Shown: positions 37,016-48,900 of the stretch, in pieces
Layout of the letters: every line of letters starts with the position of its first letter
Numbering within the stretch: position 1 is the stretch's first letter
Assembly: GCA_965202585.1 (NCBI GenBank)
Contig: OZ241829.1
Coordinates: 84,072,001 to 84,136,000 of the forward strand
Origin: Thalia democratica
Lineage: Eukaryota
Reading direction: 5' to 3'
DNA: 64,000 nucleotides
Translations under genes and position numbers: made by a program
Notes under the pieces: generated by a model
What the model was told of the DNA's origin: nothing
Databases searched by the model: none
The model's input: only the letters and a program-made list of their open reading frames with translations

Positions 37016-38399
37016 AAGCTATAATTTATTATAAATTTGTATTTTTTTTATTAATACAGTATACGCATTTTTAAAATATTCTTATAAAATACTAGGTTAA
37101 AAAATTTAATACTCTATTTTATGTATAAACTGTTGAATATGAAAACTTCAAAAGGATTTAGGACAGTTTAAAACTTCCGGATTTTGTTGACATACTTTAA
37201 TATTTTGCAAAACTATAAGCGTAAATAATAATTTTATTTCAGCATACAGACTAGTGTCTTAAAAACATAAATATTCGAATTTGAATGACTGTTAAATGAC
37301 TTACAATTAGTCTTGGAATTCTTCCCCTTACCAGAAGGGTTTTTTTTTGCTTCAAGCATTTGTTCTATTTTATTTTCTAGTAGGTTCTCAGTATATTTTT
37401 ATTATCAATTTTTTTTTTATGAGCAGCTATGACACATTTATCTAAAAAAATATTTTTTAAGGGTACTTTTTGAAAAACTTTTACTTGTTTAAGTTACATA
37501 AAAGTAATATTTAACCTGGGTTTTTGAAGTTTTTCAAAAAATGTTCTGCAACTATAGGCGTCACTTTATTTGAATTCTTAATTGATATAAAGTCGAAATG
37601 CCTTAGTATTGTGTTACATTTACACTAGCAGTGACTGACGATCCTTCACATTTCCACAAATGCTCTCTCTGAAATTCAAGTTTTATTTAATCTGATCTTC
37701 TAATTAGTTCGTAAATTTGAATTACTAACAGTTATAAGCTCCATATTCCTCTGTGAGTTCCATTGGCATAGTTCCTCATTTTCCTTGTCATTCTCTCTTT
37801 TATTAAAAAACTTAAAAAACATACCATCTGTGTTCAATGGTTGCTTCTGGCTGAGACGTTTTTCTCAGTCACGGTGAAATTTGTGTCTCTTTGTCTGCTT
37901 AGTAGTTTTTCAAATAATTTGTTAGACTCATCTCTACATGCCATGTATTTGTCTCATGAGCTAAGTATGGTTTTTAGAACTGATGCATTTTAAGAAAAAG
38001 CGCTTATTTTATACTAATTCAAACGAAGTTTTACTCTTAAAAATAAAAATAAGTTTTTTAACAACTGTTTTTTTAATACTGGAAAGCACCTTATTAGAAC
38101 TGTGAAAAACACTTAACAACATTCGCTTTAAAATAATTTCAAATAATCGCTTTGAATTTTAACAATACTCTTCTCAATACTCTTACTTTTCTCATTATAC
38201 TCAGTTTTTAATCTACAAATATCAGCTTGGAGTGAATTGAATTCATTGTCTTTTTTACATCCAAATGCAATCAATTTTTCTATTTTGGAACTTTCAATCA
38301 AGGCTTTGATCTCAGCTTCCATAGACATTTACTTTCCTTTTTACAATAACTTTCTTTCTTATTCAAATAGAAATTTAGTTTAACATTAAAGAAAACCTG

Positions 38400-39215
38400 A
38401 GGTTATTCTCTCAAAAAAGCTCAAATACCTATTTGCTTTTCTAATTTTTTGGTAGATGTGTTTTGTTTTATCAAATGAGACTTTATATTTGTAAGTTTTG
38501 AAATTCTTTTTCACTAAATTTTGAAATATTTTTCTTATTCTTTATAGAGTGAATTAAGTTGATATAAATAGTTTTTGCACTTGATTTGATGTATGGGCAG
38601 TAGTCATCAGTTAGAAGGTTAAATTGTATGTCCAAGAAGTTAGTAGAGGTTTCACCTGCATTGATTGTAATATTGAATCGCATGTCTGATAGCTTTCTTG
38701 TGATTTGGTTTTTTATCTTGTAAATATTATACTTGTTTGTTTGATGATGGCAAGTCTATTATCTCTATTAGAGTCGGTATCGATTATCTTATACAAATGG
38801 TTCAAGAGATATAAACCTATGAGGTCACATACTTCAGCGTCGTGGAACGAGCCCACTGGGACGTCGACGTTTTTATTGATGTTTTTTATTTTCCTCGTTT
38901 TATTTATATATATTTTTAATTTAAACTTTCACTAATAAACGTCTTGTTTGACTATTTGGACGATTCGTTCTACTTCCTCCGGTACCGTGTGCTCAATGTT
39001 CACGTAGCTAATCTTCACCTCAACCTCGTTGTTTGTAATTTTATCTTTTTTATAAATTTTTGCTTCATTAGTTACTACACTGAAACCTTAAAACTTATAA
39101 ATAATCTTGAATATTCTCTATCTTCAATTTTTTTAGTTTTTTATGCAACAAGTTTTTCAACGGAACTAAATGCACTGCGTTCAACCTATTTGTAGGCCTT
39201 GTGGTTCAAATCAGT
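38400..39215 (-). mobile_element. Penelope-like RT core relic
   Basis: DVPVGSFHDAEVCDLIGLYLL...ITINAGETSTNFLDIQFNL..DDYCPYIKS...YIN. The catalytic YRDD has decayed. Confidence 0.78.
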
Positions 39216-39229
39216 TTAAATCAGTTAAA

Positions 39230-39520
39230 AACAAACAAACCCGCGCTTTGCATTTTTGATTAGTTTTGAATACGATTCCTTGCAGTTCCAATGTTTGACA
39301 CTAGTGTTGTTTGTTTTGCGTTTAACATTGTACTATTGGTTTTGTACCTTATATGTTATAAATGATACTTATAAGCTTGTGGAGGGCCACAAAATATCCA
39401 AATATTACCTTTAATTTCATTTTTAAAGGGGTAATTTTTATATCTATTTGTTCAGTTTTTGACAGATGTTACTATTGTCACAATAGCAAGTAAATTGGTA
39501 TATAACCATTTTATCAAATT
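39230..39520 (-). mobile_element. FLYWCH-like Zn-finger relic (MULE-type); copy at 43125-43430
   Basis: The 43k copy reads YYNVKRKTNNTSVKHWNCKELCSKTGQKCKARVC. The DNA duplication is clear. Confidence 0.55.
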
Positions 39521-40099
39521 TTGATATCTTTTCTTTCAGGTATCCAGGTACTATCATTGTAGCTGTTCCGTCAGTGCCTTTAAACTACATACTAAATTTT
39601 AATAAATCTATGTTTTATATTTCTAATACTTTCTAAACACTTCCTCATTAATATCATTCTAATATCATTAATATAAGGATAATTAGCATCTTTTTTTCCT
39701 AGATGCATACTAAATCTCCTATGTATTTTCTTCTTTCTTTGTTGAGTTCTTTGTTTTCAAAAGTATTTAGGAAAGTTAAAAACTTATTGTTTTTGTTGAA
39801 ACACTGAAAAATTTCGCTAAACCATAAGCGTAAATAATATTTTTAGTTTAGCATACTAACTTTTGGCTTCAAAACATGAATATCCGAATTTAGATGAGTG
39901 TTAAATGTCATCTCACCAGTATTGTAATTCTGCCCTTTACCAGAAGGATTGACACCTTCTTACCATTCCTTTTCTGCAATGTTTTGTCTAATGGTGAGAA
40001 GATGTTGTCTAATGGTGTTTTGATTCAAATATATTGAATAAGATATAAAATATATTGAATAAGACACAGCAAACAGTCAAATGACACAGATGATCACAA

Positions 40100-40500
40100 A
40101 GATGACACAGAAGATCACTGTTTTGTATTATATGCAATACGTACTTTTACTCCAATGTCTTCGAACATAGCTTTTATGTTTCTGGAGAATTTCTCTGACG
40201 TCTTTTTAACATATGGTATTGTATTGTAATGTTTGTTATCATCTGTATTTCCATTTAGTTCTGACTCAAAGTTGTTTTCGTAGTATCTGGTCATTGATAA
40301 ACTTGGTCTTTTTGCCACTCGTTATTTTGTAGATCTTCTGAGACGAGGTTTTTGTTTCTGTAATACACGTTTTTAACTAAATTTCTCTTCCACGACTGCG
40401 GTGCACACAAGTCCAAGTTCTTAAGCACGCCTGTGCTTGTTGGTTTTTTGTATATTGATGTTATGATCTTGTTGTTTTTTATTGCCACCTGTGTGTCAAG
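40100..40500 (-). mobile_element. Penelope-like RT thumb/linker relic (second family)
   Basis: TSIYKKPTSTG.....CAPQSWKRNLVK and IPYVKKTSEKFSR (ORFs 40291-40488 and 40115-40318). Confidence 0.72.
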
Positions 40501-40999
40501 ATATGGTAGTTAAACCTTCTTGGCAAGTTTGAATTACAAATTTCGTATCTTTGTGAATTTTGTTAAGTTTTTAATATGTATATGTATATATATATATTGT
40601 TTCTATAAAAGATTCAAAAACGTATGCCTGAATAAAGGTTTTTTTTTCAGACCTATACAATATGCCTTGCTTAAAATATCTAAAATAAATTTTGATAGTT
40701 CAAAATAAAACTTTTTTGTTTCATATGCCTTTTTTTTATTCCAATTTTTTGTATCTAATTATAAGGTCTTATTGGTGTAGTTATCTAAGCTATGTAGAAT
40801 CTTATTTTTGTTTTAATTCAAAAAAAATCCCTACTCACATATACCAAGTGGTCACTAAGGCTATATGACGTCATAATGCTTCTGCTTTCACCATGGAGAA
40901 TAATTGTGATGATAATGTGAGCTTTTTCTCTCAGCTACTTTTAATTTATTACATTCAACAGGCATACTAATATTATTGACATTTTAACTTATCATTTTT

Positions 41000-41150
41000 A
41001 AGTTCACTTTCTTTTGATTGTTTTTGATTTCTGCAACTTTGCAAACAGTTTTTGAGTTGTAGTTCCATCTAGTTTTGCATCCAGAAGACACATTCACTTC
41101 AAATACACGTCTTAATTCAGGTGACTTAAGACAATAAGAAGAATGTGATC
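41000..41150 (-). mobile_element. hAT (ZMYM1-like) transposase relic
   Basis: KSPELRRVFEVNVSSGCKTRWNYNSKTVCKV carries the hAT TRWN motif. Confidence 0.5.
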
Positions 41151-41661
41151 TAATTTAGGAAAAAAATAAGTTTTGTTAAGTCAGATTAAACAATAACTGA
41201 TTTCAGCTAAGTCTGTAAGCAGTTGATCAAGTTCTAAAGTGTAGTTATCTTCGTGTATGGGAACGTAATTGGGTCCGACGAATCTTTCAAACCATTTGTC
41301 GCACGTGAGCTCTCCCTATTCTATTCCAATACTTGACACAATTGTACCTATTCCATAGGGTAATTCAAACACCTATTTTTTACCACTTAATCTTTCATGG
41401 GTGACTCTTCTGCAAGTGTTCAACGGGCCACAAACAGCCTGTTTCCTTTGCAAACTCCCTAAGGGTAATTGGATCTTTTAGAAAATAAACAATCCAAAAA
41501 GCATCATATTTACTGTTTCGGTGATTAATAAAAATTATATCTCATATGTCATTGTCTCTTAGCTACCCTCATACTTAAAATGTAGCTGCACTTATATTTA
41601 CATTATAGAGTCTCTAATCCGTACTTTCTACATACTTAAACACTTCTTGCATTCAAAGATT

Positions 41662-42060
41662 TTAATGGTTACCTCTTGTTGTTTTATCATCACATAAGTC
41701 TAGATTTTCACGAGGTATGAAAGCCTTAACATTTCCAATAGAAACTTTCTTTACTCTATTTTTTATTAGTATGTGCATACTATGTTCGGAGGTGTCGAAT
41801 TCTTCGTATGGTCCGTGAAATAAATTATTATTATCTAAAATAAGTTTTTCATCAGACGACCTTGTAAAGAAAGGAAGTTTGTCATTTATTGTGACAATTT
41901 TTTCCTTCATGAAACATCTCGAAATTAAGTTAAATACCTTCACTAGTCTGTTAAATCTTCGGACAAATTTCTGATACAAACTCAAGCCGTTTTGAAATAG
42001 CAGCTAGTGCAGCAATCAACCCGCAATTTTCTATTAAACCTTGCGTAGAATCTGTTAATG
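41662..42060 (-). pseudogene. Calpain-like (C2/CysPc) catalytic-domain N-half relic
   Basis: DSTQGLIENCGLIAALAAISKR (Cys codon 42023-42025), EGI.LNFEMFHEG, then the shifted frame VTINDKLPF...FHGPYEEF. Compare QG.LGDCW.LAALA, V.IDD.LP and HGSYE. Two stops and one frameshift. Confidence 0.65.
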
Positions 42061-44399
42061 AGATGTTGTTCGTTGTATGTTTTTGTTAACTTATTTATTA
42101 TAATCTTAACGCTTTGTTTCCAACTTGCGTCTGTTGACATGTTCGTCCCTGCTTTTTTTCTCCTTGGTGTCGTGCCCGCTTGACGCTTTTAGTCTTTCTA
42201 AAGTATATACTGATTGATTTTTTGAAACAATTGAGTTTTCAAAACTTTGTATTTCTAATATTAGTTTTCTGCAAATTAGATGTTAAACGTTTAACCAAGC
42301 TAAAAACTCTGAACTGGCTGTTTAAAAAGCTTCATGAACATACCATCTGTGTCCAACCTCTTAATTTAAACCCGTGTCCATCCAACTTCTAAGGGATTTT
42401 GAAATATGTTGGTCTCTTCTAATATGAAATCTTTGGGACTTACTGCCAAGTTAATCAGCAGGACATGTAGAGCTTCCAAGAGCAACTTGACTTGAAGCTA
42501 GCTCTTCTTCTTCTTCTGTTTCCCAGTTATCAGGTATATAGTTATTTGTAAAACGAGCGTTCCTGAGCCTTCAGGTTGGGAACAACAGACCATTGTTAAC
42601 TTAAGTGTAATTTTTGAACTATTCGCAATAAACTCATCAGGGTTTTCAATTGTGTCCCTTTAATATTTAATGTCATTTATAATTTGTGTCTTTCAAAATC
42701 TGTCCCATGTTCTTTCAAGTATCTTATTTAAGCTGGATTTGCTCTGTTTCCTCGTTGAATTGCATGTTGAAAGTGTAAGTGTGGTTTACAGGCTGTTTTC
42801 CATCGTATGAACAAAAAGACAAACCTAAATTTCTTATATCCCGTTATAGTGACTTATAAATGTACAAATCTAATTAATATTAAAGTTGAAGGGGTCTATA
42901 TCATGTTGTAAAAGAATAAAATACTAAATTTTAGTATATTTATGGTGGCAATATGGTCTAAATACTATTATATGATTCAAAACTTGTAAATTTTTATGAA
43001 AACAATTTTAATAGTTTACTTATCGTTTTTTAGCTTTGTTTAGCTAAATGTCGCATTATTTCTAAAGGCGTTGATTTCTAGTTTTTCCATTTACAGTTTT
43101 AATAAATATGAATTTATTAATAAAAACAAACAAACCCGCGCTTTGCATTTTGACCAGTTTTTGAACACAATTCCTTGCAGTTCCAATGTTTGACACTAGT
43201 GTTGTTTGTTTTGCGTTTAACATTGTAGTATTGGTTTTTTACCTTGTATGTTATAAATGATATTTATAAACTTGTGAAGTGTCACAAAATATCCAAATGT
43301 TACCATTAATTTCATTTTTAAAGGAGTAGTTTTTAAATCTATTTGTTAAATTTTTGACGGATGTAACTATTGTCACAATAGCAATTAAATTGGTATATAA
43401 CCATGCTTTTATCAAGTTTCTATATCTGTGCTGTTCTTTTCTTTCAAGTGTCAATAAAAGATTTGAGGTAAAAGCTTTTCATGATTTGACAACAAAAAAT
43501 ATAGTACATACTTGTCAGCTGTTTAATTTGTTTAAACAGCATATTTTTCATGTATGATATTTATAAGTTAAACACTCATAAAGCATTGAATATTTACACT
43601 ATCAGTGACTGATGATCCTTCACATTTCACAAATGTTTTCTCTGAAATTAAATTTTTATTTTAATCTGAGCTTCTAATTCGTTACGTTATGTGCTCTGGA
43701 TAAAATATATGCGTCCATGAATTCTTATTTATTATTCTACCTTGAGATGAACTTTGATGATAACAAGTGATTTCTTTGCATTTTGGCCTTATAAGACTGT
43801 TATTTTCCTCCGCTATGTTGATTATTAGACCAACTATTTTCATCTCAAAATACACAAACATTTAATTTTAAATATTGCAAACCATTGAGTTTGTTTAACA
43901 AACCATATTTTTCTACTTCTTAAAATCACTAAACATACATTTACGTATTTAAAGTAAATTTATTTTAAACATCTATAAAATATATTTAAATATATAATAA
44001 AGTAATTTAGGAAAGTTAAAAACTTCTTGTTTTTGTTGACATATTGTAAAATTTTGCAAAACTATATAAGTAATAATGATTATATACAAACATTTAATTT
44101 AAAACCAATTTCTAATCAGCAGGCTCGTATAAAATTGCTAAAAGCCACTTGGCTTCCTCCAGTTCATTACACTTTACTATTATGTTTACCATACTTATTC
44201 CTTTTTGCAATGTTTGGTACTCTTGGTGACCTACTCTGTTCACATCTTATTCTTTTTTTATTTATTGCAATCAAAACATTCCTTTGTGGCTCGCTTGTCA
44301 ATAATTTCTAGACCTTAAAATTAAATAAACAGTAGTATTAACAATTTCTTCTTAATATCAACAATATAGTTACTTACTCGTTTTTTATAAAACTTGATT

Positions 44400-44580
44400 T
44401 GTACGTCCACTTGTAGCCCTTAATTTTTGCACCCTTTCAATCTTACTCAACTCCAAACAGAAGCTAAATCCGTATAATATGGTAATAAGGGACTTTGATA
44501 GCTTTGGTGCACAAAACTACTTGTACTTCCTCTTCCTTGTGGTTGTCTCTCACATTATTGGAAAATACTTCAAGTATAAA
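44400..44580 (-). mobile_element. CR1-type RT 3' relic (copy at 49320-49510)
   Basis: ELSKIERVQKLRAT resembles DI..LERVQ.RAT. The DNA duplication is evident. Confidence 0.5.
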
Positions 44581-44789
44581 TGACTTAGATTTTAACAAAC
44601 TTAAAGATAAACTAACAAACATTTTGTTTTTTCAATAGACTGAATTATTAAAACTTTCATCACTAGCACAGTTATCTTCATCATCTAAAACCTGAATAAT
44701 GTCACCTTGATTTTTAAGAATGTCTTTGGATTTTCCATCTTGAAAATCTATTGATTTCAGATAAATTTCTGCTCTAGCTGAGTGGTAGA

Positions 44790-45370
44790 TGGATTTATTT
44801 ATTTCCGCCAACTCACAATATCCTGTCCAAGCTGTCTGATTCTGTATTGTATGTAAAGTTGTCCTCATGGTCCTTCAAAGAAATGAATGCGTTGTTATCG
44901 CAGAATTTCAATTTTTTTCTTTGATTTTATATTTTGAAGTTATTCCTGCTGCTTTATTGTTAATGTTGTTTAAGATTTTAGTTTGGACCTTTTTGTAAAT
45001 TGCAGCTATACTATCCAGTAGTATTTTGTTGTTGAGGTCGATAACAACTAAATATATGTTAGATGTTTTGTCAGCTTTGACTATAACTTGATTTTTCTTT
45101 TATTTCGTTAACCGATTTTTTTTTTTAATTTTTTTAGTATTCACATCTACTTTTCTTAAATTTTTAGTTCTTGCAAAACTTAAATAAATCGTTTTCAAAG
45201 CTTACAATTTTACTTGATATAAGAGCATTTCTCTTTGAGGAGAATATTTATTTAATAACATAATTAAACTCACTAACACTGAGCCAGCGAGTTGATCCCG
45301 AAAATCTGAGCTTTTTAGGAATTCGCTGTGGATTATTTTGTAATATTTTTTTTATACAAAACCCGCATGT
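44790..45370 (-). mobile_element. Penelope-like ORF N-terminus joined to an Ulp1-like segment (copy at 56240-56830)
   Basis: ADKT...YKK..KILNNINNKAA...AFISLKDHEDNF followed by QLGQDIVSW. Confidence 0.6.
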
Positions 45371-45800
45371 GTGGTTTGGGGTTGTAAAACTACGTCAAAG
45401 CTAATGCAGTAGTCACCATCTTTACTTTCGTATTTGGAGAGTGTTTCTAAAATTTTTTTACTGTTTTCTACACAATATTGTTTTGGAATATGTTGTTTGA
45501 TTATTATATCCAGATATATTGCTAGCTTGTATGACGGTGTATTTAACATTGATACAATAGGTTTTAATGATTAGTGTTTTTTATGAACTTAACATGTTCC
45601 ATACAATTTACCACCTGTAGTTAAACTATTATATGTCTTTTGTCTATACGAGGCTTAAGTCTTTGTTTTATCATTTCTCTTATGTGTTCAATTCTTCTTA
45701 TCAGCGGGTGTCTGGAGTTTTTTCTTTTGTCTTTTTCTACTAATTTAAACCTAGTCTTATCTTTAACAATGGTATAAGTTTATTTAGATAATGATCGTTC
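45350..45800 (-). mobile_element. Penelope-like RT N-half relic
   Basis: ORF 45352-45549 reads TPSYKLAIYLDIIIK...YCVENS...CISFDVV. Confidence 0.7.
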
Positions 45801-48075
45801 GACATCAAGCATCTTTCTAAAAAGTTTCTAATTAATTATTTTGATTTGTTAATTTAAATAACAAAACTGATAAAATCATAATAATTTTGTACTACAAAAT
45901 TCAGTAATGTAAGCTTAAACCTTGTTTTAATACAGAAGTAAAAATTTTAACAAAAAACATTGATTTAAAAAAATTTGAAGTCTGTTAAAAGATATAAAAT
46001 CTTTTGACTGATAAAGCATTTTTTTACATTGCTTTTGAGTTAATATCACAAGGTAAGAACTGTAATAAAATAACAAGTCTGATGCAGCAGTATGTGTATA
46101 CTACTCAACCTAAATGAGTACTTCATTCAAATATATTTTGATAAAGTTTTGCGTGGTTTCTGTGGCGATTTCCATTTATATTATTATTTTCTCAATTTCT
46201 TTCTGCTGCACCATCTGGTTGGCGGTTTGGCTGAACTCACCTTTTTTTTTGCAAGATTTGCTTCAAAAAAAAATTGAATTTTGTGTTTGTCCACAAATAA
46301 AAAAATTTAAAATTAAAACAGCCTTATCCTGTTTAAAACGTTTTGGAAAATGTGTTTTGCGTTATCAAATGAAACCTTGGTTTTATATGTTTTGAAATTA
46401 ACTTAAAATTATTTTGGAATATTTTCCTTAATGTTTCTAAGGTGTTTTAAGCTTAAGTTTTTATTACTTAACGAGATATGCATTGAGTAAAGTGAAGGAA
46501 ACAGCTTTAAGCGGCCCTTTCGAAATCAGTGTGCCATTCAATAGGAGTTAGACATTATTAAGTAGTGCATTAATTAAACTCAAATATGTTGCTTAGACTT
46601 ACATTATCAAGTAGAGTATTTATCAAACTCATATATGTTGCTTCTCTTTTATTATGCAACAAACAATATACTAAGGGAACAACTGACCCGTATCATTTTC
46701 AAATGATCATAAGTCTTTTTTAATTTCTTCAAAAATAAAGCTGTATGTTTTTTTTCTCAACTCAGAAATGCCATTTTATATCATCATAGTTATATCATTC
46801 TAGCGACTTAGTATACATTGTTATGGCTGCAAATCATTTTATGATAACCTTCTGCAGTCGTTGCCGCTAACCTCATAAAGGTTGAGATCTATCGGCTTGT
46901 TTTGTAAACCATATTTCCTTGTGTTTTTAAGCAAAACATATTATAACTTTCTTCTGTTGTTTTTACTTTTTCCTCATCGCAATTAAACTGTGGTCATTTG
47001 TGGTGTTAACCATATTCGGCATGAATTCAACGTGTCAACTTGCTCGCCATTAACTGTAAACTTCGACTTGCTGGCATCGTGCCAGAGGCTGTTTTCGTGG
47101 TGATTGCGAAGGTACGCTGCTGTTCACTTCGTCGGCTTGAGCTTCAAGCCGTAAGGCTTCACTTAATCGGTCTATCTTATGCTGCAGCTTCTGGCCCGTA
47201 CCGGCAAAAAAAATTTTTCTTACGCCTATTCAATTTACTTAAAAGCTTGCGGTGTTTGTCGTCAACATCTTTTGTCTTTAAAATTCTGTCCCATGTTCTT
47301 TCAAGTATCTTATGGAAGCTGGATTTGCTGGTTCTGTCTTTTCGTCGAATTGCATGTTGAAAGTGTAAGTGTGGTTTACAGGCAGTTGTCCATCGTATAA
47401 ACAAAAAGATAAACCTAAATTTGATATATCCTAATATAATTCTTGAGGAATGTACAAATTTAATTAATATTAAAGTTGAAGAGGCCTATAGCAAGTCGTA
47501 GAATAAGAAAATATTTAATTTTAGTATATTTATAGTGAGAGTATACTTTGACTACTTTGACTAAATACTATTATATAGATCAAGAACTTTTAAACTTTAT
47601 GAAAACTGTTTTCATAGTTTACTTTACATTTTCAATACGATTATAATTTTGGACCTTTGAAAGATTTGTTTTTATGTGGTGGATGGACTCTATCCAAAAC
47701 TATGAGATTTCTGTCAAAATGAAATATTTATATAGATTCATGTGTAAATAAACTTATACATTGACTGTTTTATTTTTACTGCACTCATGTATATTTGTTA
47801 GCGAGAATGTTGGTAACATTATCTTTTTTGTAAGACATTTTTCTTTAAATTAATTAAATGAGATTTTTAATTGAACTGGGACCTACTTACTAGCAAATCA
47901 TGAAATAATGAAACTTGCAGAAACTTACTTAAAGTCTTCTAAGACATGTATTTTTTTTTAAATTTACTAAATGGCTTTTTCCTTGTAGGTTTCACCTCCC
48001 TTCACTTCATTGTCTAGCCAACTGAGTGGCTTCTCTCCGTAAATTGACCGTCTTACGTAGCTCACAAGGTTGACC

Positions 48076-48900
48076 TTAACACAGTCTCCCTTGTACAGTC
48101 CCCTCCAAAAAACTTACGTGCCCTCCGAAAAAAAATGTAGTTCTCTTAATGTAAATTTCATAGCTCCTTTGATTTTCAACAAGTGATTTACTTAAAGCAT
48201 TTTTCACATTTTCAAAGTAAACGTAACCGTGGTTCAGTTTATTAGTTTTTCGCTTAATAATAGCTTCGCCAACATTTCCGTACTTACCAAAATGCTCCTT
48301 AACCATTTCTTTAGTTAGCGAGTATTTAACGTTTCCTATGAATACTTTGTTGTCCCGAGGATAATAAATTTTGTCTTTTATGTGTTTAAAAGATGCAGAA
48401 TAAGCAAGTTGAGCAGTTTTGTCATTTCCCTCTACAGAAAATAGTTTTAATTCTTTCTTGGGCTGGACAAATGTTGAGTTGAAGTTTAAAATTTGGACTT
48501 TTTTATTCTTTTTCGCTTCAGGAACATCATCACGTTTTTTATCTGAATTTTTGGTGTCCTCTGTACCCAAATGCTCTTTTCCGACCTTTTCAACAGCAGC
48601 CTTTTCTTGACTTTTCTCTTCTATCTCAGCAGGAGTTGATCTCTTCTCTAGAGAAGGAATAGGTTTGGCAAGTTCAAGAGCAGAACTGGGTGCTTGTTAA
48701 GTTTTTTTATCAATCTTTTAACATCATTTTTGAATTAAACTAAGTTATAATATTTAGATAATTATTTTTTTTGACAATTTCATGTTCAATTTTTTGTTCT
48801 TTAAGAAAATTTGTTGTTTTTTGGCTATTATCTTAAACAGGAGATGTGTTTAAATTTTCCAGTAGAAAGAATTCGCTTTCCTCACTAGAGCTGGCAATTG
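48076..48900 (-). pseudogene. RRM-containing RNA-binding protein with a low-complexity N-terminus, probably disrupted
   Basis: ORF 48076-48570 has RNP2 KVFIGNV, the helix TKEMVKEHFGKYGNV and RNP1-like HGYVYF. The frame extends upstream (SSALELAKPIPSLEKR...). Confidence 0.7.

Noticed and set aside
41662-41985. Integrase C-terminal GPY/F module (FHGPYE)
   Set aside because: The upstream QG...NCG..AALAA and VTINDKLP fit calpain order better, and no integrase core is adjacent.
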